64,000 nt of DNA from an uncultured candidate division Zixibacteria bacterium (lineage in GTDB: Bacteria > Zixibacteria > MSB-5A5 > GN15 > PGXB01), in the NCBI GenBank assembly GCA_963702205.1, contig OY969724.1:2720001-2784000 (forward strand). The letters run 5' to 3'. Every line of letters starts with the position of its first letter. Position 1 is the first letter of the stretch. The notes under the pieces are model-generated. The model was not told the DNA's origin and made no database searches. It saw only the letters and a program-made list of their open reading frames with translations. The position numbers and the translations under genes are program-made. This document shows positions 9,121-19,259 of this stretch, one piece after another.

Positions 9121-9290
9121 TTTTGCATCTCCATTGATCCCTACCGTCAAGTCAACTCCCTAAAGAAAACATAGGCTGATGATCCCATTCTCGATAAGCC
9201 GATTTATTTTAAAATAACCGAAAGTGCCTAAAATTCAAAGATTAAAATGGCTTAGATAACCCGTCCCAAATCGCCGCCCCCAATAAAAAA

Positions 9291-9363
9291 AGCCACCGTG
9301 CGGGATCGAACCGCAGACCTGCTGATTACGAATCAGCTGCTCTACCAGCTGAGCTACGGTGGC
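9291..9363 (-). tRNA. tRNA-Thr(CGT), no CCA
   Basis: Minus strand reads GCCACCGTAGCTCAGCTGGTAGAGCAGCTGATTCGTAATCAGCAGGTCTGCGGTTCGATCCCGCACGGTGGCT. Confidence 0.96.
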
Positions 9364-9491
9364 TTAAGTCAAATGGACAACTAATATATATTTATTTCGA
9401 CATTTGTAAATGAAAATTTGGTCTTACAAGGATATTATCGCAGAGCGAACAAAGCTCAATTTTGCCACCGACGCTGTGTTGATTTATCCCC

Positions 9492-10325
9492 TCACCCCTT
9501 CTCAGGCGAGGCGATACCATAGACGCCGCCTTCATAATCGAGACGTGGCCCGAGATACATCCGCAGCGACGACTGCCGGTATTGAAAACCGTGGTCGAGA
9601 AGTATTTCCACCGCCTCCTGGTTCACTTCGGGCGTCCCAATATGCAGGTCGTTGTTGCAGTAGTCGTCAAGTATCATCTCCAGAAGCTTGACAAAACCGC
9701 CCGACTCCAGCGCCAGGATCGGCCCGACAAAGTACGACTTATCATCCCTCGGCCGCACGGCCGCGTATCCGTCGAGCGTTTCATACCCGATATTCAATAT
9801 GCCGTTGGGGAATTCATCGTGCAGCCGCCTTATCACTTTTCCCCGATCGACGCCGCTCATTTTTGAATCGAATTTGACAATGTCCTCTATTGCCGTTGCC
9901 CCCGGCTTAATTTCTCTCGGATGATTTTTGAATTCCTGCGCCGGTCGAAACATCCGCAGCGAAAGATATTTATCTTTGAAGCCCAGACTACGATACAACG
10001 GCGCCGCCTCCATAACACCGTCAAGTTCTATCGTTTGCACCTTTCTGGACTGCAAAAAGCTTATTGCGATTTTCATCAGTGCGGTGCCGATACCTTTGCC
10101 CCGTTCTTTTTTTTCGACAATCAGGCTCGCGAGAAAGGCATAGCCGTTGTATACAACCGACGTTATCGTGCCCACCACGCGGCCGTCATCTTCGGCCACA
10201 AAGCAGCCCTCGGGTTCATAATCGTACAAACGGTTATAATCGGTCAGGCAGTTACCCCAATTTTCTTCGCGGGCCAAATCAGCCATATAGCGCAAATCAT
10301 CGCGGGTCATCGTTCTGATATTCAT
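9492..10325 (-). CDS. tandem GNAT-family N-acetyltransferase (YitH-like)
   Basis: ERGKGIGTALM acetyl-CoA motif, LYRSLGF, second domain with VGPILA. Start moved to MNIRTMT. Confidence 0.85.
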   Translation of the reverse strand: MNIRTMTRDDLRYMADLAREENWGNCLTDYNRLYDYEPEGCFVAEDDGRVVGTITSVVYNGYAFLASLIVEKKERGKGIGTALMKIAISFLQSRKVQTIELDGVMEAAPLYRSLGFKDKYLSLRMFRPAQEFKNHPREIKPGATAIEDIVKFDSKMSGVDRGKVIRRLHDEFPNGILNIGYETLDGYAAVRPRDDKSYFVGPILALESGGFVKLLEMILDDYCNNDLHIGTPEVNQEAVEILLDHGFQYRQSSLRMYLGPRLDYEGGVYGIASPEKG

Positions 10326-10380
10326 AATCCGTTCCTGTATTTCGTTGTATGCCGGTCTGTGAAAATACGAAATTTCCAAC

Positions 10381-10407
10381 AAAAAAGCCCCGAAATTCGG
10401 GGCTTTT
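10381..10407. terminator. intrinsic terminator
   Basis: AAAAAAGCCCCGAA-A-TTCGGGGCTTTT downstream of the minus-strand gene ending at 10426. Confidence 0.8.
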
Positions 10408-10425
10408 GACAAAAAAATCTTGAAA

Positions 10426-11643
10426 TTATTGGCCGCACTCTGTCTGCCATGTGCTGTAGCGGCATGGCTGCGGCTCACCGACAGGCTCTGTATAGAGCAT
10501 GTCTATTACGGAAAGAATATCGAGCAGGTTAACCGTGCAGTCACAATTGAAATCACCTTTCCAGACGTCCTGAGGGGAAAAGTCTTTGGCATATATATCA
10601 TCACTAAGGCTAAGTATATCGAGCAAATTATACAGGTCGTCGCTGTTGACGTCACCGATAAGGCATTTAAGGACGGTCAGACTACCGCTTTCTATAATCA
10701 CCTTGAAAGTATCCAAAGTCGTCACCGGGATACTATCGACAAATATGGAATCGTACGGCGGTCCCGTGACACGCTGATAACTCAAACATATATCGTTGTC
10801 GGGCGGCAACCACGCTGTACAGCGGTAAAATTGAGTATCCGGAATCGTATCAATCCTCATCCCGATCAAATTACCATATTGGTCGCTGAATAATGGCGCT
10901 AAATCGAGAATACTGCCATTCAGATTAATGTCTACGGTGCGATTCGTTGCCGTATCAGGAATATCTGCAACGTTAACCAATGAGTTGAACAACACACTCG
11001 GCTCCGTTCGCGGCGGGAGACCTTCAATATCAAACGGCAAATATAAATCCGCGATCGCGGCTATCCTGTAATCATAGCCAAGCCCGGAAAGTGATCTGGT
11101 ATCCATAAACTCCCAGCCACTCGTTAATGTGCCAACCGTATCCACGCCTCCGAAAAGGCCCACAACGGTATCGACCGAAGTTGAATCATACCCGGGTATG
11201 AAAGTCGAATCAAAGCAAACTCCAAGATCCGCCGAATTGCAGTGCCAGGAACCGATTGTAAATTCAGAATCTATACAAAAGTCTCCGCTATACTGCGTGC
11301 AATGCCAATAGTTGCTGCATTCGATATATGAAGTGCAGGTCTCGCCGTCATATTCGTCACAAGCCCAATATCTCGTATATGCCGTCGTGTCGACGGAAAC
11401 AACAAACTCCGCCAGGTCCGGATTGCTCATGATCATCCACATTTCATATCCATGAACAGTGTCTTCATAATTGGTAAGGTATATTGGTACCTTTGCCCCC
11501 AGCTGCCCGGGACAGGCGAAAGCATCGTCGACTTTGATTTTCAAAACTGGATTCTGGGCCGGGGCTAATTCCGGCAACACGGCGATCAATATCAGGATCG
11601 TGAAAAATCCGACACAGATTTTTGAAGTCCGGCAGTAATTCAT
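10426..11643 (-). CDS. secreted cohesin-like and dockerin-like protein with Cys-hairpin repeats
   Basis: Signal peptide; beta-rich N-domain (KVDDAFACPG..VPIYLTN); C-terminal GDVNSDDLYNLLDIL..GDFNCDCTVNLLDIL; GGAGG RBS before ATG 11643. Confidence 0.7.
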   Translation of the reverse strand: MNYCRTSKICVGFFTILILIAVLPELAPAQNPVLKIKVDDAFACPGQLGAKVPIYLTNYEDTVHGYEMWMIMSNPDLAEFVVSVDTTAYTRYWACDEYDGETCTSYIECSNYWHCTQYSGDFCIDSEFTIGSWHCNSADLGVCFDSTFIPGYDSTSVDTVVGLFGGVDTVGTLTSGWEFMDTRSLSGLGYDYRIAAIADLYLPFDIEGLPPRTEPSVLFNSLVNVADIPDTATNRTVDINLNGSILDLAPLFSDQYGNLIGMRIDTIPDTQFYRCTAWLPPDNDICLSYQRVTGPPYDSIFVDSIPVTTLDTFKVIIESGSLTVLKCLIGDVNSDDLYNLLDILSLSDDIYAKDFSPQDVWKGDFNCDCTVNLLDILSVIDMLYTEPVGEPQPCRYSTWQTECGQ

Positions 11644-11776
11644 TACGGCCACCCTCCGCTTTAAGGTCAGTTAACTCAACTAACGACGGCAAAACACTCA
11701 GTCCCGGAAGTAAAACTTTCGCGGAGATAGATATATATAAAATACGGCAATTCGTTAATTTGTCAACTGCGAACTG

Positions 11777-14700
11777 CTATGGGCAATTGGGCGCCGGACC
11801 GACCGGTTCTCCATAAATGTAATCAATTAAATATAGAATATCTATCAGATTAACAGCTTCGTCACCGTCGACGTCGCCCGATTCCATCGGTTCCGGCGCG
11901 GTCCCCGGCGGAACCCCGTATTTATAATCTATAAGATACAATATATCCAGCAGGTCGACGTTGCCTTCATCGGTGACATCGCCGCAGACAAAAGCCGCGA
12001 CAATATTAAGATCGAAAGTCTGCTCATCGTGCGAGCCGAGCGCGTCAGCACAGCCGGCCATAAAACTCATGCTCATTGTATCCAAAGGCGTCCCGGAAAT
12101 AAGCCCCGACGAAGAAAGCTCTAGCCCGATGCCGTCAAGGTCACCGTTCATATCGGACCAGACAAAACCACCGGTGCCCCCCGTGCATGTCAATTGGCAG
12201 GCATAAGCCTCCCCTTCGGTTCCTTCGGGCACGGTGGTCATTGTTATTTCCACGGCAGGATTGACATCGACCTGCAATATTTTTTCACCCGACGCTCCTA
12301 TCTGATCCTCGGCGAGCGCCGTAAATCCGATCGTTCCTGCGGATGTCGGTATTCCTGATAAGACACCATTGGGACCAAGACTTAAACCACTTCCAGACAG
12401 GTCGTCCATTTTATCGGACCAGATAACCGACCCAGTCCCGCCTGTCGCCGCAAGCGTCTCATTAAATGCGATTCCTTGGGTCCAATCCGGCAGAGTTGCT
12501 GTAGTAATTGTAACGGCCGGATTTATTACGAACGAAAGCGGTTGCTCGGCAGTATGCGGCACTTCATCGGAAACTTCAGCAGTAAATGACACGGTCATCC
12601 CGGCCGCTACCATACCGCTCAACAGGCCGTCCGATGACAGTGTCAGGCCGGTACCGTTCAGATCGTTATACTTGTCGGTCCAGGTCAGAGTCCCGATGCT
12701 ACCGATGACTTCCAATTGTTGGGAATAGGCCATTCCAGCGGTCCAGTCGGGCAGATCGGTGGTGGTAATTTGCATATCGGCCACGCATTGATAACCGGTA
12801 ATTTCAACGTCGTCTATATTCCAACCGCAATATGTCCACGAACCATCGGTCGTACCCATCGTATAGCGAAGATAGACGGCAGGTTGACCGTCGGCGATGC
12901 CGGATATATCGAGATCCATCTCGACCCAGCCGCCATCGTCTATCGTTTCATCGTTTTCCCAGACCGTAGTCCAGTTTGTTCCATTGTTGCTGACGCGAAC
13001 ATAAGCATGGTCGTAGGCCGATTGTTCAACTCCCAGCCAGCGCCAGAATTTTAAATGAGCATTAATCAACGACGAACAGTCTATCGCCGGGCTGGTAAGG
13101 TGCCTTTCGGGCATAGCATTCTCGTAGCCGCCGCTCAGGTTATAGCCATAGACATTGCTGCCCGAATGGCCGCTCGTAGGATCCGGCGAGCCGTGATCGC
13201 CCCCGGAACCGGTCGGTGTGCCCCGCTGCCAGCTTCCGCCGGACACGGTCCAGCCCTGGACTGTTTCGAAGTCGTCCTGGAATACGGTCATGACCTGCGT
13301 TGCCACCGTCGGACGGTACGCCAGAGCCGGGTCGGGATCATAAATCCGGCCTTCGCTTTCTTCCTCGGCGCTCATGTAAAATTCGATTTCATCGCCGCAG
13401 TCTTGCGCCGGGAGAATTGCGGTATAGCGGTTGTCCGACGATTGTGGCATATCGACCGTCTGCACCGCCCCACCGTTTATTATATAGTGCAGCTGGCCGG
13501 TCCCCGGTATGGGTACCCCGCCCGACGTCCCCACGACATTGACACCCATCGACGTTTCCACACCCGGCGCGATATATTCCGGTGGAGCACCGTCGCGAAA
13601 TACGAATCTCAGCGACGGGGTCGGGATATAATATCCGTCGACATAGTATGCCGTAGCCGCCGAGGCCTTCACCATGCGCGTCATGTAATCGAAATTCATG
13701 TAGGTCGTGCTGTCCTGGTACGTGTGATAAACGGTCGAGAACACGTACTCGAACGGAAAGGCCACGTCGTAACCGTTCTGAGTGAACGGATAATGATCCG
13801 AGGCGGATATATTTCCGCTGAAATGGCCGGAAATATCAATTCCATCGAGGCCCGCCGCCATATTTCGCCAGATATAAACATAAGACGTATCGGTCCCATG
13901 GTACAATTTGGCGTCGCCGTCGTTGCCGATGGCGGCGCACATATCGAGATTGAGCATCATGACGATGCTGTCACCGGCCGCCGCCGCGGCATCGGCATAA
14001 TGCCAGGAACCATACAACCCCTGCTCTTCGGCATCGAACAGTATAAATTTGAAACTCATCTTGGTTTCGATGCCGCTGAAAATGCGGGCCATCTCCATGA
14101 CCGCGGACGTTCCCGAACCGTTGTCGTCCGCACCCGGCGACGACGATACGGCGTCGCGGTGCGCCCCCATTATTATCTGATGGTCAGGGTAGATCGTGCC
14201 GTACTTGATACCGACAACGTTATAGGCCTGCCCCAGACTGGCCGAAAAGGTGTCGATATAGACCGAGTCCAGACCGAAATTTATCAGGCTGTTGTATATC
14301 CAATCGCGTGACTGGCGATTGCCGGACGATCCGGTCAGGCGGTTGGGAAAGGCCTGGAGCATATGATCATAAGACCACAGCGAATCATACTCGATTAACG
14401 AAATTACTGAATCAAGAGTAATTGATCGATCGACTTTTTGCTCTGAAAGTCTGACGGGCTCTTTGAAAATCACGCGCAGCCCTTTCGACGGCAGCGGCGT
14501 TAAACCCGCAAAGCCGATCTGGTCGGGGGTAATGCCGCCCGGAACGTGCACCAGACGGATTCCGTCTTCTTCGAAGACAGTCCTGTACAGTTTGTTTCTA
14601 TCGGGTTCGAAAGAGGCGTCGACCGCCATATTATTGCGATCGACAGAAGACTCAATCAGGTGGCCGTCAAGATTTTTGCTCCGGAATATTTCTTCGGCAT

Positions 14701-14878
14701 CGCCCTTAGTAATTACGAGATAAGCGTTATTGAGCCGCACGACGGCGTCGAAACCGGTTTTAACCAACGCCGTCGCATCGGCCTGGTTGTTGATTTCCAC
14801 GCGATACAAATCCTCGGCGCAAACCGAAGATACAAGGGCCAGCATCATCAGGGCCGCAATTATCATACCTCTTCTCAC
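11777..14878 (-). CDS. secreted M28 metallopeptidase with MAM-like/Ig-like repeats and C-terminal dockerin-like domain
   Basis: GAHRD, GADDNGSG, DAEEQGLYGS, NLDM, SDH and YHT motifs intact; three ITTxxLP..GL.L...G.(L/I)SG repeats; paired GDV..NL(L/I)DILYLIDY. GTG start at 14878 after GGAGG. Confidence 0.88.
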   Translation of the reverse strand: MRRGMIIAALMMLALVSSVCAEDLYRVEINNQADATALVKTGFDAVVRLNNAYLVITKGDAEEIFRSKNLDGHLIESSVDRNNMAVDASFEPDRNKLYRTVFEEDGIRLVHVPGGITPDQIGFAGLTPLPSKGLRVIFKEPVRLSEQKVDRSITLDSVISLIEYDSLWSYDHMLQAFPNRLTGSSGNRQSRDWIYNSLINFGLDSVYIDTFSASLGQAYNVVGIKYGTIYPDHQIIMGAHRDAVSSSPGADDNGSGTSAVMEMARIFSGIETKMSFKFILFDAEEQGLYGSWHYADAAAAAGDSIVMMLNLDMCAAIGNDGDAKLYHGTDTSYVYIWRNMAAGLDGIDISGHFSGNISASDHYPFTQNGYDVAFPFEYVFSTVYHTYQDSTTYMNFDYMTRMVKASAATAYYVDGYYIPTPSLRFVFRDGAPPEYIAPGVETSMGVNVVGTSGGVPIPGTGQLHYIINGGAVQTVDMPQSSDNRYTAILPAQDCGDEIEFYMSAEEESEGRIYDPDPALAYRPTVATQVMTVFQDDFETVQGWTVSGGSWQRGTPTGSGGDHGSPDPTSGHSGSNVYGYNLSGGYENAMPERHLTSPAIDCSSLINAHLKFWRWLGVEQSAYDHAYVRVSNNGTNWTTVWENDETIDDGGWVEMDLDISGIADGQPAVYLRYTMGTTDGSWTYCGWNIDDVEITGYQCVADMQITTTDLPDWTAGMAYSQQLEVIGSIGTLTWTDKYNDLNGTGLTLSSDGLLSGMVAAGMTVSFTAEVSDEVPHTAEQPLSFVINPAVTITTATLPDWTQGIAFNETLAATGGTGSVIWSDKMDDLSGSGLSLGPNGVLSGIPTSAGTIGFTALAEDQIGASGEKILQVDVNPAVEITMTTVPEGTEGEAYACQLTCTGGTGGFVWSDMNGDLDGIGLELSSSGLISGTPLDTMSMSFMAGCADALGSHDEQTFDLNIVAAFVCGDVTDEGNVDLLDILYLIDYKYGVPPGTAPEPMESGDVDGDEAVNLIDILYLIDYIYGEPVGPAPNCP

Positions 14879-14900
14879 CTTACACACCTCCATAAATGTC

Positions 14901-16763
14901 TCACTTAATTTGCAGGCACTCCGGCGCATCACCCGGAGGGTCACCATATATGTAGTCTATCAAATATAAAATATCGAGAAGATTGGTATTGCCGTCGGAA
15001 TTAACGTCGCCCGCTGACGGAGGAATCGGGTCCGGGCCGGGCGGATCGCCATAGATATTATCGATAAGGTACAAGATATCAATCAGGTTGAGAGCACCAT
15101 CGCCGTCGGCATCGCCGCACGAATATGCCCGAATTACTATGGATTTAACGGCACTGTCATACCCGTCGCTGCATTCAACATCAAACTCAACAATTGGAAT
15201 TTCATTCGGTACCATACCCTTTAGAGTATCATTTTGTAAAGTCATCCACGCCGGCAAATTCGAGTAGTTAACGGTAAACGTCGTATCGTCGGGGTCATTT
15301 ACGGTCGGATAGAATTCAAATGCATCGCCCGACCAGGCAAATATCGTGTCAGCCGAGACTATCTCCGGCGGGTAATTGACAACCGTCTCGTGCGGCCACG
15401 CCATTCCTATGTATGGGTGACTCTCTGCCCGGCCGGATTGGTCGGCCGCCCTTAAAATGTACTTTATCGACGTTCCCGGCGACTGCGACGGTATGTAGCC
15501 CGTCACCGAATCGGATAGTTCGTCGAGCGTCATGGCCGTACTTATGAACGGTCGGTCATCAAGGCTGTAGTATATCTTCAATGAATCTTCGATCAACGCC
15601 GCACCGGAACAAGCCGTGACTCCAGCTCCGACAAAAATATCGCCGGATGCGGAGACTTTTTCCGGCAGGGGGACATGCCGTATGCTTAACATACCGCGGT
15701 CGGGCACACCCATCGCCCGGCAGTGGATAGCGTCGTCGTCCAACCAGGAACCATAAAAGCCAAGAATCTCATAACCCGGCATGGCATCCTGATAGGTCAG
15801 GATGGCGGCGGCATCGGAGCTGACACCGAATATCGGCACAAAAACTTTATTGTTCAAAATCAGGCTGTTGGTGTAGGCCGTCCCGGACGGGCAGTACACT
15901 CTTACGACGTTATACGGTCTCCCCCACGGTGACATCTGCTCCGACAGGAATTGTGCGCGGGCATTCAACAGAGCGTAACTCGAACTGGACGAGGGCACGT
16001 CCTTGACCAGTATGGTTCCCGGATTCAGGAGCTTGGCCCAGCAGTCGATATGGTGAATCCCACCCGATTCTATATATCCGAGGACCGTATAATCGTTGCC
16101 AAGGTACGCTTCCATAAGCGAGTCAACGACTTTGGTCGCCAACGTCGGATTCTCATCGTAAACTAATCGCGTGGAAAACGACCGGCCGAGTCCGTCCGAC
16201 ATGTGATTGCCACCGGTATGGATCAGGTTGCTGCCATAGACGTTCAGGCCCCAAAGCGCACCGATTGTCTGCGGGATGACGTCGTCGAGTGGTCGGGGAC
16301 GATTATAAATATTATCGACGATGGCCATCTGTTCGTCCTGGAAGATAAACCACGGGCCATAGTCCCGGGTCCAGATCGAATTGGTCGGGGCCGTTATAAA
16401 TTGAGTGTTGGCCATGTTGACGCCGCCCGAGGTGTAAGAATTTCGGGCGCTGGTTTCCTCGGATGAACTGCCGACTATGGTCGTCACCATGACGTCTTCC
16501 GACATCTCCGCCACCAGCGAGATTGAAATTCCCAGCGGCCAGCGGATTATGACGCCTTCCGACGGTTCCCATTCGGCCGGATTGCGGAGTTCCCCTGTGG
16601 GAGCCTCCGTGGCCTTGTGGGCGATGCCGATTTCATCGAGGTGCAGAAGCTCCTCATCGGTCAGGCCGATGGGCAGATTGTTTTGATCGTTTTGCTCGGC
16701 GAATAAATTCGGCGCGGTGATGATTAAAGCTGACAATAGCAGAAGGATTGAAAGATTTTTCAT
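14901..16763 (-). CDS. secreted peptidyl-arginine/agmatine deiminase family protein with C-terminal dockerin-like domain
   Basis: PAEWEP, WTRDYGP, GGN, HHIDCW, YTNS and AIHC motifs; signal peptide; dockerin-like tail. Confidence 0.88.
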   Translation of the reverse strand: MKNLSILLLLSALIITAPNLFAEQNDQNNLPIGLTDEELLHLDEIGIAHKATEAPTGELRNPAEWEPSEGVIIRWPLGISISLVAEMSEDVMVTTIVGSSSEETSARNSYTSGGVNMANTQFITAPTNSIWTRDYGPWFIFQDEQMAIVDNIYNRPRPLDDVIPQTIGALWGLNVYGSNLIHTGGNHMSDGLGRSFSTRLVYDENPTLATKVVDSLMEAYLGNDYTVLGYIESGGIHHIDCWAKLLNPGTILVKDVPSSSSSYALLNARAQFLSEQMSPWGRPYNVVRVYCPSGTAYTNSLILNNKVFVPIFGVSSDAAAILTYQDAMPGYEILGFYGSWLDDDAIHCRAMGVPDRGMLSIRHVPLPEKVSASGDIFVGAGVTACSGAALIEDSLKIYYSLDDRPFISTAMTLDELSDSVTGYIPSQSPGTSIKYILRAADQSGRAESHPYIGMAWPHETVVNYPPEIVSADTIFAWSGDAFEFYPTVNDPDDTTFTVNYSNLPAWMTLQNDTLKGMVPNEIPIVEFDVECSDGYDSAVKSIVIRAYSCGDADGDGALNLIDILYLIDNIYGDPPGPDPIPPSAGDVNSDGNTNLLDILYLIDYIYGDPPGDAPECLQIK

Positions 16764-16922
16764 AATAGTCCCGGTTGTCTGTTACGCGGCCTGGGGTTAA
16801 AATTGCAGTAATCGGACAAGACAAAAAAATGGCCGCAACTCCTTTAGGGTCAATATAATAGATGATTACGATTTGGCAATATAAAGTTTGCGGTCGTGGG
16901 GTGGATTTTGCCTCCGAAAAAA

Positions 16923-17008
16923 TGCCGGAGGCCGGATTTGAACCGGCACGCACTTTACAGTGCAAGGGATTTTAAGTCCCTGGTGTCTACCAATTCCACC
17001 ACTCCGGC
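16923..17008 (-). tRNA. tRNA-Leu(TAA), no CCA
   Basis: GCCGGAG/CTCCGGC acceptor, AGGGA-CTTAAAA-TCCCT anticodon arm, long variable arm GCACT-GTAA-AGTGC. Confidence 0.95.
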
Positions 17009-17432
17009 AATGGAAAAGCGGCGGTAAGTTATGAAATTTGCTAATGGGAATCAAGAAAGTTTTCGTTAATAGCTCACCGAATATATTTATAGCGTATCAA
17101 GCCTAAATTGTTTTAGATCTATTTTTAATTCTTTTGCCAAACCATTTAAAGATCTGTCCACCCTCACACCCAGTTTTCGAGGAGCTTTTAGTTTCGTTGT
17201 ATCTCCTCCTAATGAAGAAATGCGAGCAAAATATGATGTTCTTGCGCTATCGATGCTAAACCTTTTCCTGCGTGCCCACTTTATAATGGCTTGGACGTAC
17301 TGACCTGAACGATACCTACCATTAGAGGCATAATCATTTGCGATATGTTCGATTGAGTCCGCCAGCCCAACTTGGACTCCTTTAGCCCAAAAATCATACT
17401 CCGCCATAATATTGGCCAATTCTATCTTATTT

Positions 17433-18750
17433 GCGCGTGTAAATATTTTTGTGTAAGTGGCCATGACGTATATATAGTTGAAGGAGGTATATCATGGCCA
17501 AGAAACGTGACGAAGCTGACAAACTGATCGACGAGATGATCGCCGGCAAGACGCCGGAAGAGATAGTGGGTGAGGGCGGTCTTCTGCAGGCGCTCACGAA
17601 ACGGGTGTATGAGCGCGCCCTCGCAGGTGAGATGACGCATCACTTGGGCTATCCGCCCAATGCTCCCGAAGGCAAAAACAGCGGCAACTCTCGCAACGGC
17701 AAAACCAGCAAGACGGTCAAGACCGGGTCGGCAGATGTTACGCTGGAGATTCCGCGGGACCGGAACGGCGAGTTCGAGCCGCAGTTGGTTAAAAAGCACC
17801 AGCGGCGCCTGCCCGGTTTCGACGACAAGGTGTTGGCGCTGTACGCTCGGGGTTTGACGACGCGGGATATCCAGGGTCATCTTGAGGAGATGTACCAGTC
17901 GGAGGTTTCCCCGGCCTTGATTTCGGCGGTGACGGACGCCGTGCTTCAGGAGGTGACGGTGTGGCAGAGTCGGCCGCTGGAGGCGGTCTACCCGATCGTC
18001 TATCTGGACGCCATCCACCTGAAGCTTCGTCAGAGCGGCCAGGTCAAAAACCAGGCGGTCTATTTGGCCTTGGGGATCACGCCGGAGGGTTACAAGGAAC
18101 TCTTGGGTTTGTGGGTCGGCGATCAGGAGGGTTCGAAGTTCTGGCTGTCGGTGCTGACGGAGCTTAAGAACCGGGGCGTTCGGGACATCCTGATTGCCTG
18201 TGTCGATGGTCTGACGGGGTTCCCTGATGCGATTGAGACGGCCTTTCCGCAGACCCAGGTGCAGTTATGTCTCGTGCACATGGTGCGCAACTCGCTGAAG
18301 TATGTCGGTTGGAAAGAGCGCAAGGCGGTCGCGGCCGATCTCAAGACGATCTACTCGGCGCCCAACGAAGAAGCCGCCGAGCAGGCCCTGACGGCGTTCG
18401 AGGCCACATACCGGGACCGTTTCCCGCAGATCGCCCGCTCATGGCGGTCCTGCTGGATGAACATCATCCCGTTTTTTAGCTACCCCAAAGAGATTCGAAA
18501 GGTTATCTATACGACCAACGCCATCGAGTCGATGAATGCTCAGTTGCGCAAGGTGACGCGGAATCGCGGCTCGTTCCCGACGGTGGAATCAGTCAGAAAG
18601 GTGATCTACCTGGCGATACAAAGAATCTCGAAAAAATGGAAGCGTCCGATCAAGGACTGGGTGGCGGCCCTTAATCACTTCTGCATCGTCTTCGAGGGAA
18701 GGATCGAAAACACATGAACCGGCCGCTTACACAAAATTCCGTACACTCCC
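17433..18750 (+). mobile_element. IS256-family insertion sequence
   Basis: 30-bp imperfect TIRs (17433-17462 and 18721-18750, 23/30 match); 8-bp TSD TCTTATTT (17425-17432 and 18751-18758). Confidence 0.95.
17494..18717 (+). CDS. IS256 (mutator) family DDE transposase
   Basis: RNG, IPRDR.G.FEP, YLDA, CVDGL.GF, QLC.VH, YTTN.IES. Confidence 0.97.
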   Translation: MAKKRDEADKLIDEMIAGKTPEEIVGEGGLLQALTKRVYERALAGEMTHHLGYPPNAPEGKNSGNSRNGKTSKTVKTGSADVTLEIPRDRNGEFEPQLVKKHQRRLPGFDDKVLALYARGLTTRDIQGHLEEMYQSEVSPALISAVTDAVLQEVTVWQSRPLEAVYPIVYLDAIHLKLRQSGQVKNQAVYLALGITPEGYKELLGLWVGDQEGSKFWLSVLTELKNRGVRDILIACVDGLTGFPDAIETAFPQTQVQLCLVHMVRNSLKYVGWKERKAVAADLKTIYSAPNEEAAEQALTAFEATYRDRFPQIARSWRSCWMNIIPFFSYPKEIRKVIYTTNAIESMNAQLRKVTRNRGSFPTVESVRKVIYLAIQRISKKWKRPIKDWVAALNHFCIVFEGRIENT

Positions 18751-19259
18751 TCTTATTTTCATTCTCAACTTGTTCGCGAACGAATTTCTGTTGAGCATCG
18801 GATAAGTGATTAGAATAAAAGTAGTTAATTGAAGCTGCAATAAACGCAAGGACTAATGGATATATTAGAGCAAACCACTTTGTATTTTGAAATCCTGTTT
18901 TATCAAATTTCGTGCTATAATCAATATTTGAATCCATTTTATTTAACCAAATTCCGGCTTTTGCGTGCCATTCAGAGGATACAAGATATTTTTGGGCATC
19001 GTCTTGAGTATTTTCAAACTTATCGCTTAAATCTCTGATTTCAATAATTATGCCATAAAGCTCATCATAAATTCCAAACGCATCCATGGTTAAGCGCATT
19101 GCTTCCTCAATCCAAGCATTTCTAACTGATAGTTCACCCATTACATTTGATGCGAACTCTAATTCAAACTTGTACCTTAGCCCCTCAATCTTCTCTTTGG
19201 CTTCCTTTTTTTTCACTTATCGCCCTCCTTTTCTTTATTAACATCCAATTTGGTTGCTT

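Larger units (their letters stand above)
17087..19216 (-). pseudogene. AT-rich single-TM hypothetical gene (267 aa) interrupted by IS256
   Basis: Removing the IS and one TSD copy joins 19216-18751 to 17424-17087 in frame (..VENENK|IELANIM..). GTG start with AAGGAGG RBS. Confidence 0.85.

Noticed and set aside
7646..9290. Prophage or intact integrative element
   Set aside because: No integrase, att duplication or phage genes seen.
13055..14311. 418-aa plus-strand ORF, and similar long ORFs at 26290-27300, 54786-55634 and 59632-60270
   Set aside because: Antisense shadows of well-supported genes; no motifs or RBS.
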